Notes: generated by a model not told the origin, from the letters alone. DNA of 64,000 nucleotides from Escherichia coli (GCF_024298765.1 NZ_CP101210.1), one strand, 5' to 3'. Positions 24,743 to 38,101 are shown, counted from the first letter of the stretch. Program-made: numbers and translations.

Positions 24743-24832
24743 AATTCTTTCTTCTTGAGTAAGCGGCATCGCGCCGCGCTTGTTGAAAACGAAAAATTGC
24801 GGCTATTTTACCCATCAACGGGGGGGAGGCAA

Positions 24833-25510
24833 TCAGTGTTTACACAGGAGCTGCTCCAGTTCGTGCAACGAAGAAACGGTCCAGGTGGGCGCGATGCCTT
24901 CTGGTTGCTCGCGATTGTGCGCATTCAGCCAGCAGGTCGCAAGCCCGGCGTTGATGCCACCGAGAATATCGGACTCAGCTGTGTCGCCAACCATCAGCAC
25001 ACGCGAACGGTCAGGATTGCCTGCCTGTTCCAGCGCATAATCGAAAATTTTCTTATTCGGTTTGGCAACGCCAACTTCTTCGGAAATCACCAGCAAATCG
25101 AAATAATCACGCAGGCCCGTGCGTTCCAGACGCACTTGCTGCAAGGCGCTAAAGCCGTTGGTGATGATGCCAATTTTAGCGTTGCCACGAATGGCGTTAA
25201 GCAGAGAAACCGCGCCCGGCAGTGGCGTACAGATTTCCGCCATCGCATTAATAAAGGCTTCGTTGAGTTTACCCGGCTCGACGTTCAGCCGTTCGGCCCA
25301 GCTCTCAAACCGCCCGTGCTGAAGCTGTAATGAAGTGATCGCGCCGTTTTGATAATCCACCCACAGTGGCTTGTTAACGGCCTGATAGTCCTGAAAATCT
25401 TCAGCGGTAAAGGTGACGCTGTAATCAAGAAACATCCGCTGCAAGCCGGTGAATGAGTCAAAGGTAAACAGCGTTTCATCGGCATCAAAGAAAATCCAGT
25501 CCCACTTCAT
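24833..25510 (-). CDS. yjjG: HAD-family pyrimidine 5'-nucleotidase YjjG
   Basis: 225 aa, [11 protein letters not shown] motif I. Confidence 0.9.
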   Translation of the reverse strand: MKWDWIFFDADETLFTFDSFTGLQRMFLDYSVTFTAEDFQDYQAVNKPLWVDYQNGAITSLQLQHGRFESWAERLNVEPGKLNEAFINAMAEICTPLPGAVSLLNAIRGNAKIGIITNGFSALQQVRLERTGLRDYFDLLVISEEVGVAKPNKKIFDYALEQAGNPDRSRVLMVGDTAESDILGGINAGLATCWLNAHNREQPEGIAPTWTVSSLHELEQLLCKH

Positions 25511-25524
25511 TATTCCACCTTGTC

Positions 25525-25971
25525 TTACATACTGATTGGCAACGCCATGATGATGGCGTCTTCGCGACCGTCCGTGGTGGGGTAGTAATTGCGGCGAATT
25601 GTCGCCTCGTTAAAGCCTAAACTTTCGTACAGGGCAATGGCGGCAGCGTTTGAAGCACGGACTTCCAGCCATAGCGTCGCCACGCCGCGTTTTTCCAGTT
25701 CGTCGATCAGATGTTCCAGCAGCGCCCTTCCCAATCCCTGACGCTGATAGTCAGGATCGACCGCAATATTGAACAATGTAGCTTCATCCAGCACCACTTG
25801 CGTAATCGCAAACGCCGCCATTTTGCCGTTTTGCGTTAACTGAAAGTTGAGATAACGCTCGCCCTGGTTGCTGGCAAAGGTTTTTTCACTCCACGGAAAG
25901 GCGTGGGCGCGTTGTTCAATGTGGTAAGCCGCTGGTAAATCAGTCGTTTCGAGGGAAGAAATCGTGTTCAT
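25525..25971 (-). CDS. rimI: ribosomal protein S18 alanine N-acetyltransferase
   Basis: 148 aa GNAT with [13 protein letters not shown]. Confidence 0.9.
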   Translation of the reverse strand: MNTISSLETTDLPAAYHIEQRAHAFPWSEKTFASNQGERYLNFQLTQNGKMAAFAITQVVLDEATLFNIAVDPDYQRQGLGRALLEHLIDELEKRGVATLWLEVRASNAAAIALYESLGFNEATIRRNYYPTTDGREDAIIMALPISM

Positions 25972-26353
25972 ATGTGCAAATTTGTTGCCATAACGCGGCG
26001 CGTGCCGTTGGGTTTGCCCGTAATTCGGTGAGCGCCGGTGATGCCACCTGAGCGCCTTCCAGTGATAGCGGTTCGTCAGTACCCAACCGCCAGCTGTTGC
26101 AGCGACTGCCTTGCGGCAGCATCGCGATTTTTTCTGGCGTCAGTTGCAGCACTTGATCGGGGCTGACGGTTAACGCGCGCAGAACATCGCTCACTATAGG
26201 ATCGGTCAGGGCGGGAAGATCGTTTGCCACCATCACCAGACGGACGTGTGCCGGGATCGCAATGGCAATCTCCCCCTGCAACGCGCCAGGGCGACGCAGC
26301 GACCACTGGGTAATGCCCAGTTGCTGTAACTGCCAGTCTCGTCGGGATGTCAT
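25940..26353 (-). CDS. holD: DNA polymerase III psi subunit
   Basis: 137 aa, overlaps rimI start; conserved holD-rimI arrangement. Confidence 0.9.
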   Translation of the reverse strand: MTSRRDWQLQQLGITQWSLRRPGALQGEIAIAIPAHVRLVMVANDLPALTDPIVSDVLRALTVSPDQVLQLTPEKIAMLPQGSRCNSWRLGTDEPLSLEGAQVASPALTELRANPTARAALWQQICTYEHDFFPRND

Positions 26354-26455
26354 AGCGAATCGCTCCTGTTGTCAGGGGCGCAAATATAGCAAATTCGTCG
26401 ATACCGCGCCAACATATGGCTATAATCGCCGCCAGTATTAATTGAGGAGCATTCC

Positions 26456-27487
26456 ATGTCTGCATTTACCCCGGCAAGTGAAGTCTTGCTGCGTCACAGT
26501 GATGATTTCGAACAAAGCCGTATTCTTTTTGCCGGAGACTTACAGGATGACCTGCCCGCGCGTTTAGATACCGCGGCCAGCCGTGCTCATACCCAGCAAT
26601 TCCACCACTGGCAGGTGTTAAGCCGCCAGATGGGGGATAACGCCCGTTTTAGTCTGGTCGCCACGGCGGATGATGTCGCAGATTGCGATACGCTGATTTA
26701 CTACTGGCCGAAGAACAAACCGGAAGCCCAGTTCCAGTTGATGAATTTACTTTCTCTGCTGCCAGTGGGCACGGATATTTTTGTCGTTGGCGAGAACCGC
26801 AGCGGCGTGCGCAGCGCCGAGCAGATGCTGTCAGATTATGCGCCGTTGAATAAAATGGACAGCGCTCGTCGCTGTGGCCTCTATTTTGGTCGTCTGGAAA
26901 AACAGCCAGTATTTGATGCCGATAAATTCTGGGGCGAATACAGCGTCGATGGCCTGACGGTCAAAACGCTGCCTGGCGTGTTTAGCCGCGACGGTCTGGA
27001 TGTCGGTAGCCAGTTGCTGCTCTCGACGTTAACCCCGCACACGAAAGGTAAAGTGCTGGATGTCGGCTGTGGCGCGGGCGTACTTTCGGTTGCCTTTGCG
27101 CGCCATTCGCCGAAAATTCGTCTCACTCTGTGCGATGTCTCTGCACCAGCGGTAGAAGCCAGCCGCGCAACACTTGCGGCCAACGGTGTTGAAGGTGAAG
27201 TCTTTGCCAGTAACGTCTTTTCCGAGGTGAAAGGTCGTTTTGATATGATCATCTCCAACCCGCCGTTCCACGATGGGATGCAAACCAGCCTGGATGCCGC
27301 GCAAACGCTGATTCGCGGCGCGGTGCGTCATCTTAATAGCGGCGGCGAGCTGCGAATTGTAGCGAACGCCTTCCTGCCTTATCCGGACGTGCTGGATGAG
27401 ACATTTGGCTTCCACGAAGTGATCGCGCAAACCGGGCGCTTCAAGGTGTATCGCGCCATTATGACCCGCCAGGCGAAGAAAGGTTGA
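26456..27487 (+). CDS. rsmC: 16S rRNA m2G1207 methyltransferase RsmC
   Basis: 343 aa; SAM-MTase motif [11 protein letters not shown] and NPPFH. Confidence 0.9.
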   Translation: MSAFTPASEVLLRHSDDFEQSRILFAGDLQDDLPARLDTAASRAHTQQFHHWQVLSRQMGDNARFSLVATADDVADCDTLIYYWPKNKPEAQFQLMNLLSLLPVGTDIFVVGENRSGVRSAEQMLSDYAPLNKMDSARRCGLYFGRLEKQPVFDADKFWGEYSVDGLTVKTLPGVFSRDGLDVGSQLLLSTLTPHTKGKVLDVGCGAGVLSVAFARHSPKIRLTLCDVSAPAVEASRATLAANGVEGEVFASNVFSEVKGRFDMIISNPPFHDGMQTSLDAAQTLIRGAVRHLNSGGELRIVANAFLPYPDVLDETFGFHEVIAQTGRFKVYRAIMTRQAKKG

Positions 27488-27502
27488 GTATCTGATATAT
27501 GT

Positions 27503-27548
27503 CGCCGCATACCGTGTCGGATGCGGCGTACACGCCTTATCTGACCGA
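27503..27548. repeat. REP element
   Basis: gtcggatgcggcgtacacgccttatctgac. Confidence 0.6.
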
Positions 27549-27686
27549 CAAACGAATTATCCACAATCCGCTGATGGACATTTTTCCAGCAATTACACCT
27601 CTGTCGATAATTAACTATTGACGAAAAGCTGAAAACCACTAGAATGCGCCTCCGTGGTAGCAATTCTTTTTAAGAATTGACGGTAT

Positions 27687-27773
27687 GCGAAGGTGGCGGA
27701 ATTGGTAGACGCGCTAGCTTCAGGTGTTAGTGTCCTTACGGACGTGGGGGTTCAAGTCCCCCCCCTCGCACCA
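27687..27773 (+). tRNA. leuQ: tRNA-Leu (CAG), first copy
   Basis: 87-nt GCGAAGGTGGCGGAATTGGTAGACGCG...CCCCCCCCTCGCACCA with encoded CCA. Confidence 0.95.
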
Positions 27774-27801
27774 AAAACCACGTTGATATTGCTCGCACTG
27801 G

Positions 27802-27888
27802 GCGAAGGTGGCGGAATTGGTAGACGCGCTAGCTTCAGGTGTTAGTGTTCTTACGGACGTGGGGGTTCAAGTCCCCCCCCTCGCACCA
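27802..27888 (+). tRNA. leuP: tRNA-Leu (CAG), second copy
   Basis: same 87-nt sequence with one substitution (gtgttc instead of gtgtcc). Confidence 0.95.
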
Positions 27889-27922
27889 AACGAGGCAATA
27901 TCAAAAAAAGTAAGATGACTGT

Positions 27923-28009
27923 GCGAAGGTGGCGGAATTGGTAGACGCGCTAGCTTCAGGTGTTAGTGTCCTTACGGACGTGGGGGTTCAAGTCCCCCCC
28001 CTCGCACCA
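27923..28009 (+). tRNA. leuV: tRNA-Leu (CAG), third copy
   Basis: identical to first copy. Confidence 0.95.
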
Positions 28010-28047
28010 ATTATCTTTACTTCCTTTCTTGTTTCTTCCCTGTTTTA

Positions 28048-28284
28048 TCATCCCTGCTTCAAATTCATTATCATCAGCATGATGCCAGCAATAAGCGCCA
28101 GGCACGATGGCAGCAAAACGTAATGCCGCAACTGTTTGTGATACAGCATCACCGGCGTCAATACTAATCCCATCAGAATGATAATCCGCCATTGATCCGG
28201 CGATAAATCCGCATACATCAGCCCTGCAATCAGCAATCCCGGCAGCAACACTCCCCAGCCACTGCCCAGCGTACGTTGCAACAT
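28048..28284 (-). CDS. yjjZ: small membrane protein YjjZ (DUF1435)
   Basis: 78 aa from MLQRTLGSGWGVLLPGLLIAG; divergent from fhuF. Confidence 0.7.
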   Translation of the reverse strand: MLQRTLGSGWGVLLPGLLIAGLMYADLSPDQWRIIILMGLVLTPVMLYHKQLRHYVLLPSCLALIAGIMLMIMNLKQG

Positions 28285-28299
28285 GGTTTCATCTCTTTC

Positions 28300-28410
28300 A
28301 TTGATAATGATAACCAATATCATATGATAATTTTTATCATTTGCAAGCCAGAGAAATCCCTTGCTATCGGGTAAACCTATCGCTAGGATTAGCAATCATT
28401 ATCATTTAGA
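28300..28410. promoter_or_regulatory. Fur boxes in the yjjZ-fhuF divergent promoter region
   Basis: gataatgataaccaatatc (28303-28321) and caatcattatcatt (~28392-28405) resemble the GATAATGATAATCATTATC consensus. Confidence 0.7.
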
Positions 28411-28424
28411 TTACTATCACGATT

Positions 28425-29213
28425 ATGGCCTATCGTTCCGCACCGCTCTATGAAGATGTTATCTGGCGAACGCATCTCCAGCCGCAGGATGCTGGGCTTG
28501 CACAAGCCGTACGGGCGACGATCGCCGAACATCGTGAACATTTGCTGGAGTTTATCCGTCTGGATGAACCCGCACCGCTCCGTGCCATGACGCTGGCGCA
28601 ATGGTCATCACCGAATACGCTAAGTTCTCAACTGGCGGTCTATTCCGATCATATCTACCGCAACCAACCCTTGATGATCCGCGAGAACAAACCGCTGATC
28701 TCACTATGGGCACAATGGTATATCGGCCTGATGGTGCCACCATTAATGTTGGCGCTGCTGACGCAGGAAAAAGCATTAGATGTGTCGCCGGAACATTTCC
28801 ACGTTGAGTTTCACGAAACCGGACGCGCCGCCTGTTTCTGGGTCGATGTGTGTGAAGATAAAAACGCAACACTACATTCGCCGCAGCAGCGAATGGAAAC
28901 GTTAATCAGCCAGGCGCTTGTTCCGGTAGTGCAGGCATTAGAAGCGACGGGAGAGATCAACGGCAAACTTATCTGGAGCAATACCGGTTATTTGATCAAC
29001 TGGTATCTGACTGAGATGAAACAGCTGCTTGGCGAGGCGACGGTTGAATCGCTGCGCCATGCCCTCTTTTTTGAGAAAATGCTCACGAACGGTGAAGATA
29101 ATCCACTCTGGCGTACCGTGGTACTGCGCGACGGCCTGCTGGTGCGCCGCACTTGCTGCCAGCGTTATCGCTTACCGGATGTGCAGCAATGTGGCGATTG
29201 TACGCTGAAATGA
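28425..29213 (+). CDS. fhuF: ferric-siderophore reductase FhuF
   Basis: 262 aa; C-terminal C-C-x10-C-x2-C 2Fe-2S motif. Confidence 0.9.
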   Translation: MAYRSAPLYEDVIWRTHLQPQDAGLAQAVRATIAEHREHLLEFIRLDEPAPLRAMTLAQWSSPNTLSSQLAVYSDHIYRNQPLMIRENKPLISLWAQWYIGLMVPPLMLALLTQEKALDVSPEHFHVEFHETGRAACFWVDVCEDKNATLHSPQQRMETLISQALVPVVQALEATGEINGKLIWSNTGYLINWYLTEMKQLLGEATVESLRHALFFEKMLTNGEDNPLWRTVVLRDGLLVRRTCCQRYRLPDVQQCGDCTLK

Positions 29214-29249
29214 AGCACTGCCGGGGAAGTAAACCCGGCATCATGTGGA

Positions 29250-29927
29250 TTAATAGGGATGCAACACATTACTTGCTTCGCAATGCCGCATACATAACAG
29301 AATATCTGCGGCCTCCAACAACCCTGCATCAGAACTGACGCCCAGTTTCGACATTACATTAAATTTATGCGCGCGGATCGTTTTGATATTGCGTTTAAGC
29401 TGCTCGGCAATTTGTGTCATTGAGTAGCCACGCGACATAAAGCGCAATATTTCTCTCTCCGTCGGGCTTAGCGTCCGGCTTTGGTTAATGTACCACTGAT
29501 TGTTCAGTCGGTCGGTCGCCTGACGCACACCATTTAATGACAAAAAGAGTTCCTGATGAAAAATCTCCAGCGTCGACGCTTTACTTAATACACCGTCCAG
29601 CGGTGATGGCGACAATGAACCAATCAGCCGAGCTTCAATATCATCATCCGCAATAACTAAACGTCGGGTACGCGGAAACTTAATCGCCAGTTCAGTCAGG
29701 CAAGATAATCCCTCTCTGCGTTTACTTCTCATGGCAGAAAAAGAAAAAATGACCGCCGCAAACGAGATCCGCGACATGGCATCCTGAAATGACTCCTGAC
29801 TGGTATAGATATGGAGCTTATAAGGGTTACCTGCAAACTTTCTGAATAAACTCTCAATACCGATACTGCTCATGACGCATTTTTCTATGAGTGCGACATT
29901 TCTCTTCTTAATTCGGCTGTGTTCCAT
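29250..29927 (-). CDS. bglJ: LuxR-family transcriptional activator BglJ
   Basis: 225 aa, C-terminal LuxR HTH; overlaps yjjQ 3' end. Confidence 0.85.
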
Positions 29928-30610
29928 TCTGCGGCATCTCCATAAACAGAAGGCAAGTTAAGTTCTCTTGCACCCTGCGCGCTATTTATCCATGCATACA
30001 TTTCAGCGTTACTGTGAATTGCCAGTCGACGCATCGCACTGTTTTTTTGGGCGCTGATAGTTTTATTACTTTTCTTAAGCAATGAAGCTATCTGGTTGAT
30101 GCCCCATCCTTTACCTAATAGCCGCAGTACCTTGCGCTCTGAAAGAGTGAGAATGACTGAGCGATAGCTAAAATCATGAGTTTCAGTCATTGCCGGAGAG
30201 GTCAGCATGGCGCTGATACGCTCTGCGTGCGTATTGCCGGAACGTACGGTCTTGACCAGATTCTCAATGGGTTCAACATCAGACAATAACGTCGCCGTAG
30301 GGCACATGAGCAATTCTACTGCCTGGGAATACCAGGAGCGTGACACCATGAAAACCCAGTGAATTTCCCGATATTGTGAGATTAAAGAGTAATAATGCTC
30401 ACAAACGGAACGTGGATCTTCACTTTCACCGGCCAAATCAGCAATGACTAATCCGGAACGACGTAATTGTAATAAGGTAAGGTCCTCCGCAGAGGCGCTG
30501 GATATTATTTCATATTCAGGGAAGTGAGTCCTCATGACCTCTTTTAACCCTGCTTGCATAACAGGTATTTTACTGATAACAATTCCATTTTTGCAGCATC
30601 CTGGCAACAT
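29885..30610 (-). CDS. yjjQ: LuxR-family regulator YjjQ
   Basis: 241 aa; long AT-rich region upstream. Confidence 0.85.
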
Positions 30611-31229
30611 ATTTCCTCCACATCCACTGTCTAAAAATCATGATGGTTTATTCAAGGTATTCATTCCTTAAATATTCTCAGCAAATTAATAGATTAAGTG
30701 AATAAATTATCCTTAGCATTCACTTTCATATCAGCATACTCCTGCTGCACAACAACTCCACTGCATGTGTCAGAAGGTTAGCATCAAATGATAACCTGGT
30801 GAAATAGCCTGGAGACATTTAAAATATCTACATTAAGTTGTTAGAAATACTTAATGAAAAACAGAGATCTCATTCATTTAATTTATAATTAAATGATATC
30901 TCTTCCCGCAGAATGCGGGAATCACACAATCAATATTTATTCAATAAAATCTGATGGTTTTAACTTGTTAACATTAAAAAACGCGCCCAGCTATCTATTA
31001 TCCTGACTCGTAAAGGCCAAATAACAAATTCATTATAGTGATAATATTCATGCGATAGTTTGTTTACGGCGAGAGATAATTCGCTTTTTATCACCGAGCA
31101 TCTCCCGATAACCAGGATTAATCAGCGCAATTTTGATCTTAACCTACCGCAAAACAACCGTGCTTCATGATACAAATGGATTCTCATTAACTGAACAATA
31201 CGCAGCACGTCTATGACAAAGGGCGAGTT

Positions 31230-32464
<1,235 letters not shown>

Positions 32465-32571
32465 AATTGCCTCACTTAAAGCACGCGGATGAGAGACAGC
32501 CTCCTCTCCTCCGTGTGTTACTATAAAAGTTATCTCCCTTCTCGTTCATCGTTCCATATTTGAGAAACAGT

Positions 32572-33111
32572 ATGTCTTCCAGAGTTTTGACCCCGGACGT
32601 CGTTGGTATTGACGCCCTGGTACACGATCACCAAACCGTTCTGGCAAAAGCTGAAGGCGGTGTGGTTGCCGTATTTGCTAACAATGCTCCGGCGTTTTAT
32701 GCCATCACTCCTGCACGCCTGGCTGAACTGCTGGCGCTGGAAGAAAAGCTGGCGCGTCCGGGAAGTGACGTGGCCCTGGACGATCAACTCTATCAGGAAC
32801 CGCAAACCGCTCCCGTTGCCGTACCCATGGGGAAATTTGCCATGTATCCGGACTGGCAACCCGATGCCGACTTTATCCGCCTGGCGGCGCTATGGGGCGT
32901 GGCACTAAGAGAGCCGGTGACCGCCGAAGAACTGGCGTCATTCATTGCCTACTGGCAGGCGGAAGGCAAAGTCTTTCACCATGTGCAGTGGCAACAAAAA
33001 CTGGCGCGCAGCCTGCAAATCGGTCGTGCCAGCAACGGCGGACTGCCGAAACGAGATGTGAATACGGTCAGTGAACCTGACAGCCAAATTCCGCCAGGAT
33101 TCAGAGGGTAA
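32572..33111 (+). CDS. dnaT: primosomal protein DnaT
   Basis: 179 aa from [17 protein letters not shown]. Confidence 0.95.
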   Translation: MSSRVLTPDVVGIDALVHDHQTVLAKAEGGVVAVFANNAPAFYAITPARLAELLALEEKLARPGSDVALDDQLYQEPQTAPVAVPMGKFAMYPDWQPDADFIRLAALWGVALREPVTAEELASFIAYWQAEGKVFHHVQWQQKLARSLQIGRASNGGLPKRDVNTVSEPDSQIPPGFRG

Positions 33112-33113
33112 CG

Positions 33114-33851
33114 ATGAAAAACGTTGGCGACTTGATGCAACGCCTGCAAAAAATGATGCCTGCCCATATCAAACCTGCGTTCAAAACGGGTGAAGAACTA
33201 CTGGCCTGGCAGAAAGAACAAGGGGCGATCCGCTCCGCCGCTCTCGAACGTGAAAATCGGGCGATGAAAATGCAGCGCACCTTTAACCGCTCCGGTATTC
33301 GTCCACTGCATCAGAACTGCTCCTTTGAGAACTATCGCGTTGAGTGTGAAGGGCAAATGAATGCGTTAAGCAAAGCGCGCCAGTATGTCGAAGAGTTTGA
33401 CGGCAACATCGCCAGCTTCATCTTTTCTGGTAAGCCAGGAACCGGCAAAAACCATCTGGCGGCGGCAATCTGCAACGAGCTGCTGCTACGCGGTAAATCC
33501 GTATTGATCATCACCGTGGCCGATATTATGTCGGCGATGAAAGATACCTTCAGGAATAGCGGTACCAGCGAAGAACAACTGCTTAACGATCTGAGTAACG
33601 TTGATCTGCTGGTGATCGATGAGATCGGCGTGCAGACCGAATCGAAATACGAAAAAGTGATCATCAACCAGATCGTCGATCGCCGCTCTTCTTCCAAACG
33701 CCCAACCGGGATGCTGACCAACAGTAATATGGAAGAGATGACCAAGTTGCTGGGCGAACGCGTGATGGACCGTATGCGCCTGGGTAACAGTTTGTGGGTG
33801 ATCTTCAACTGGGATAGCTACCGTAGCCGTGTAACAGGTAAAGAGTATTAA
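33114..33851 (+). CDS. dnaC: helicase loader DnaC
   Basis: 245 aa; Walker A GKPGTGKNHLAAAI; 2 nt after dnaT stop. Confidence 0.95.
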   Translation: MKNVGDLMQRLQKMMPAHIKPAFKTGEELLAWQKEQGAIRSAALERENRAMKMQRTFNRSGIRPLHQNCSFENYRVECEGQMNALSKARQYVEEFDGNIASFIFSGKPGTGKNHLAAAICNELLLRGKSVLIITVADIMSAMKDTFRNSGTSEEQLLNDLSNVDLLVIDEIGVQTESKYEKVIINQIVDRRSSSKRPTGMLTNSNMEEMTKLLGERVMDRMRLGNSLWVIFNWDSYRSRVTGKEY

Positions 33852-33899
33852 TCCCCGTTTCTGGCGGTATACTGCGACACAATTCAACCTTGAGTAATG

Positions 33900-34394
33900 A
33901 TGATGAAAACTATTAAACATCTTCTGTGCTGTGCCATTGCCGCCAGCGCATTAATTTCCACCGGGGTGCATGCTGCGTCCTGGAAAGATGCGCTCTCCAG
34001 CGCCGCCAGCGAACTTGGCAACCAAAACAGCACGACACAGGAAGGCGGTTGGTCGCTCGCGTCATTAACTAACTTGCTTAGCAACGGGAACCAGGCCTTA
34101 AGCGCAGATAACATGAACAACGCCGCAGGCATTCTGCAATACTGCGCGAAGCAAAAGCTGGCTTCGGTAACCGATGCCGAAAACATCAAGAATCAGGTAC
34201 TGGAAAAACTGGGCCTGAACAGTGAAGAGCAAAAAGAAGACACCAACTATCTGGATGGCATTCAGGGTTTGCTGAAAACCAAAGATGGTCAGCAACTCAA
34301 TCTGGATAATATTGGAACGACTCCGCTGGCAGAAAAGGTGAAAACCAAAGCCTGCGATCTGGTGTTAAAGCAGGGGCTGAACTTCATTTCCTGA
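33900..34394 (+). CDS. yjjA: secreted protein YjjA (DUF2501)
   Basis: signal peptide MKTIKHLLCCAIAASALISTGVHA; start among ATGs 33897-33903 uncertain. Confidence 0.8.
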   Translation: MMKTIKHLLCCAIAASALISTGVHAASWKDALSSAASELGNQNSTTQEGGWSLASLTNLLSNGNQALSADNMNNAAGILQYCAKQKLASVTDAENIKNQVLEKLGLNSEEQKEDTNYLDGIQGLLKTKDGQQLNLDNIGTTPLAEKVKTKACDLVLKQGLNFIS

Positions 34395-34647
34395 ACCGCG
34401 AAACGCCGCGTTTTAGCTGTTACCCGGCTGACGCGGCTCTCTCCTGCCCTTTTCCCTGCTCCTGGACGGTTTTACCCCTGTTACACGGGAAGCGACCGCG
34501 ATCAAAAAAGTCTGTTTATAAACTAATTCCTAACAACATCGCATTTTTTTGACACTAGAATTGCAGCAATATGGCGACGCCATTACATTGTGCTTCTCAA
34601 AAAGCTTAAACGTTGGCTAAACGGCCCGGTTTAGTGAGGATCGCCCG

Positions 34648-36939
34648 TTGTCAGAACTACTCTCTTTCGCCCTTTTTCTCGCCTCTGTGCTGATTTACGC
34701 ATGGAAAGCGGGACGTAACACCTGGTGGTTTGCAGCCACATTAACGGTACTGGGGCTATTTGTCGTTTTAAATATCACCCTGTTTGCCAGCGACTATTTT
34801 ACTGGCGATGGTATTAACGACGCGGTTCTCTATACCTTAACCAACAGCCTGACCGGTGCTGGTGTCAGCAAATACATCCTGCCTGGTATCGGCATTGTGC
34901 TGGGGCTGGCGGCGGTGTTCGGTGCGCTGGGCTGGATCCTGCGCCGTCGTCGTCATCATCCGCACCATTTTGGTTACAGCCTGCTGGCACTCTTACTGGC
35001 GCTGGGTTCAGTGGATGCCAGCCCGGCATTTCGTCAGATAACGGAACTGGTGAAATCCCAGTCACGCGACGGCGCCCCGGACTTTGCGGCTTATTATAAA
35101 GAGCCGTCGAAAACTATCCCTGACCCGAAACTCAACCTGGTATATATCTACGGCGAAAGTCTCGAGCGGACCTATTTTGATAACGAGGCTTTCCCGGATC
35201 TCACGCCTGAACTGGGCGCGTTGAAAAATGAAGGCCTGGATTTCAGCCACACGCAGCAGCTGCCAGGAACGGATTACACGATTGCGGGCATGGTGGCTTC
35301 TCAGTGCGGCATACCGCTGTTTGCCCCATTTGAAGGCAACGCCTCCGCTTCTGTTTCCAGCTTCTTCCCGCAGAACATCTGTCTGGGCGATATTCTGAAA
35401 AACTCGGGTTATCAGAACTATTTCGTGCAGGGCGCGAATCTGCGTTTTGCCGGTAAAGATGTGTTCCTGAAATCGCACGGCTTCGACCACTTATACGGCT
35501 CAGAAGAGCTGAAAAGCGTGGTGGCCGACCCGCACTATCGCAACGACTGGGGATTCTACGACGATACCGTTCTCGATGAAGCGTGGAAAAAATTTGAAGA
35601 GCTTTCCCGCTCAGGTCAGCGATTCTCACTGTTTACCCTGACAGTCGATACCCATCACCCGGATGGTTTTATCTCGCGCACCTGTAACCGCAAAAAATAT
35701 AATTTTGACGGTAAGCCGAATCAGTCATTCAGCGCGGTAAGTTGCAGCCAGGAGAATATTGCGACGTTTATCAACAAAATCAAAGCGTCACCGTGGTTTA
35801 AAGATACCGTCATCGTCGTCTCTTCTGACCATTTAGCGATGAACAATACGGCGTGGAAATACCTTAATAAGCAGGATCGCAATAACCTGTTTTTTGTCAT
35901 CCGTGGCGACAAGCCGCAGCAAGAGACGCTGGCAGTGAAGCGTAATACGATGGATAACGGCGCGACGGTGCTGGACATTCTCGGTGGCGATAACTATCTC
36001 GGACTTGGCCGTAGCAGTTTATCCGGGCAGTCGATGTCGGAAATCTTCCTCAATATCAAAGAGAAAACATTGGCGTGGAAGCCGGATATCATCCACCTGT
36101 GGAAATTCCCTAAAGAGATGAAAGAGTTCACCATCGACCAGCAGAAAAACATGATTGCCTTCTCAGGTAGCCATTTCCGTTTGCCGCTGCTGTTGCGGGT
36201 TTCAGACAAACGCGTGGAACCGCTGCCGGAAAGCGAATACTCAGCACCGCTGCGTTTCCAGCTGGCTGATTTCGCTCCACGCGACAATTTCGTCTGGGTT
36301 GACCGTTGCTATAAGATGGCACAACTCTGGGCTCCGGAACTGGCACTTTCCACCGACTGGTGTGTCTCGCAAGGGCAGCTTGGCGGTCAGCAAATTGTTC
36401 AGCATGTTGACAAAGCAATATGGAAGGGCAAAACGGCATTTAAAGATACGGTCATCGACATGGCGCGTTACAAAGGCAATGTCGATACGCTAAAGATTGT
36501 TGATAACGATATTCGCTACAAAGCCGACAGTTTCATCTTTAACGTCGCTGGTGCGCCAGAAGAGGTGAAACAGTTTAGCGGGATTTCTCGTCCAGAGTCG
36601 TGGGGCCGCTGGTCCAACGCACAGCTGGGCGATGAAGTAAAAATCGAGTACAAGCATCCGCTGCCGAAGAAATTTGACCTGGTGATTACCGCCAAAGCAT
36701 ACGGCAATAACGCCAGCCGTCCTATTCCGGTACGCGTAGGCAATGAAGAACAAACCCTTGTGCTGGGCAATGAAGTGACCACCACCACACTGCATTTCGA
36801 TAACCCAACCGATGCCGACACACTGGTAATTGTGCCACCGGAACCTGTCTCAACCAACGAAGGGAATATCCTCGGGCACTCGCCGCGTAAGCTCGGGATC
36901 GGCATGGTGGAAATTAAAGTGGTAGAACGTGAAGGGTAA
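34648..36939 (+). CDS. opgB: phosphoglycerol transferase I (OPG biosynthesis)
   Basis: 763 aa; N-terminal TM helices plus sulfatase-like domain. Confidence 0.9.
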   Translation: MSELLSFALFLASVLIYAWKAGRNTWWFAATLTVLGLFVVLNITLFASDYFTGDGINDAVLYTLTNSLTGAGVSKYILPGIGIVLGLAAVFGALGWILRRRRHHPHHFGYSLLALLLALGSVDASPAFRQITELVKSQSRDGAPDFAAYYKEPSKTIPDPKLNLVYIYGESLERTYFDNEAFPDLTPELGALKNEGLDFSHTQQLPGTDYTIAGMVASQCGIPLFAPFEGNASASVSSFFPQNICLGDILKNSGYQNYFVQGANLRFAGKDVFLKSHGFDHLYGSEELKSVVADPHYRNDWGFYDDTVLDEAWKKFEELSRSGQRFSLFTLTVDTHHPDGFISRTCNRKKYNFDGKPNQSFSAVSCSQENIATFINKIKASPWFKDTVIVVSSDHLAMNNTAWKYLNKQDRNNLFFVIRGDKPQQETLAVKRNTMDNGATVLDILGGDNYLGLGRSSLSGQSMSEIFLNIKEKTLAWKPDIIHLWKFPKEMKEFTIDQQKNMIAFSGSHFRLPLLLRVSDKRVEPLPESEYSAPLRFQLADFAPRDNFVWVDRCYKMAQLWAPELALSTDWCVSQGQLGGQQIVQHVDKAIWKGKTAFKDTVIDMARYKGNVDTLKIVDNDIRYKADSFIFNVAGAPEEVKQFSGISRPESWGRWSNAQLGDEVKIEYKHPLPKKFDLVITAKAYGNNASRPIPVRVGNEEQTLVLGNEVTTTTLHFDNPTDADTLVIVPPEPVSTNEGNILGHSPRKLGIGMVEIKVVEREG

Positions 36940-36949
36940 TTCCTGACTG

Positions 36950-36995
36950 ATGTGTAGGTCGCATAAAGTGCGACCTACACACCTTCTCCGGCCTA
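36950..36995. repeat. REP-like hairpin / terminator after opgB
   Basis: gtgtaggtcgcataaagtgcgacctacac. Confidence 0.55.
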
Positions 36996-37078
36996 CAAAA
37001 CATTATTGAGAAACAGAAAAAAAACAGCGCCCAACACTTCCCCGGACGCTGCATGGCAACTTTAATAATCTCGCCTTA

Positions 37079-38101
37079 TCAGAAAGTAATTACGCCCTTA
37101 ATCAACTCACGATTGTTAATCACATCGCGCTCGTAGGTTTCTGCCAGCGTGGCGAACGGGTAGCGATGGGTTAACATCATGTCGGCAGTGATTTTTCCTT
37201 CCGCCATCAGTCGACCGACTTTAGCGAAATCTTCCGGCGTGGCGTTGCGGCTACCCATCATCGTCGTTTCTTTTTTATGGAATTCCGGATCGGAGAACTG
37301 CAACTCACCTTTAAACAGACCGACAAATACCACCGTGCCGCCGTGACGAATCAGATTTACGGTGTTATTCATCGCATGTTGATTACCTGTCGCGTCGATC
37401 ACTTTCTGCGCCAGCGAACCACCAAACTGCGCCCGCAGCTGCGCGTCAAAATCTTCGGCTGATGGGTCCAGCACGGGCAACTCCAGACGCGTTGCCACAT
37501 GTTCACGGCGCGCCGGACTGGTATCCGCCACCACTACCTGTGCGCCATCGGCTTTAGCGATTGCCGCCGCGCCCAGACCGATTGGCCCCGCCCCGACCAC
37601 CAGCACCTGCTCGCCGGGAGCCATGGCTGCGCGACGCACCGCATGAGCGCTAATAGCGAAAGGTTCAATCAATGCTGCCGCCTGCGGGTCAATACCGTCT
37701 GCGGGCAAAATGTTCTCCACCGGCACGCTCAAATACTCACTAAAACCACCATCCTGATGCACGCCAATAACTGAAATTTTTTCACAGCAATTGGTACGAC
37801 CGCTTTTACATGCAGGGCACTGCTGACAGGCAACATAAGGGATCACAGCAACTTGCTGACCATTTTTAAGATCAGCAATATTTTTACCCAGCCCAACAAT
37901 CTCCCCACATATTTCATGGCCTAAAACCCGTGGATAACTAAAAAATGGTTGATTTCCACCCCAGGCATGAATATCGGTACCGCAAATCCCGACAGACTTA
38001 ATTTTTATTAATGCTTCATTGTCACCCGGAATAGGTATCTCGCGTTGTTTCCAGACTAATTCTTTCGGCTGCTGGCAAATTAAAACATTCATCGTAGACA
38101 T
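37079..38101 (-). CDS. lgoD: L-galactonate 5-dehydrogenase (Zn-dependent alcohol dehydrogenase family)
   Basis: 340 aa from MSTMNVLICQQPKELVW; GHEICGEIVGLG zinc motif. Confidence 0.85.
   Translation of the reverse strand: MSTMNVLICQQPKELVWKQREIPIPGDNEALIKIKSVGICGTDIHAWGGNQPFFSYPRVLGHEICGEIVGLGKNIADLKNGQQVAVIPYVACQQCPACKSGRTNCCEKISVIGVHQDGGFSEYLSVPVENILPADGIDPQAAALIEPFAISAHAVRRAAMAPGEQVLVVGAGPIGLGAAAIAKADGAQVVVADTSPARREHVATRLELPVLDPSAEDFDAQLRAQFGGSLAQKVIDATGNQHAMNNTVNLIRHGGTVVFVGLFKGELQFSDPEFHKKETTMMGSRNATPEDFAKVGRLMAEGKITADMMLTHRYPFATLAETYERDVINNRELIKGVITF

Noticed and set aside
27687-28047. tRNA-Leu locus as an integration site for a genomic island
   Set aside because: No integrase, direct-repeat att duplication or foreign gene block next to the tRNAs; flanking genes are the conserved rsmC and yjjZ/fhuF
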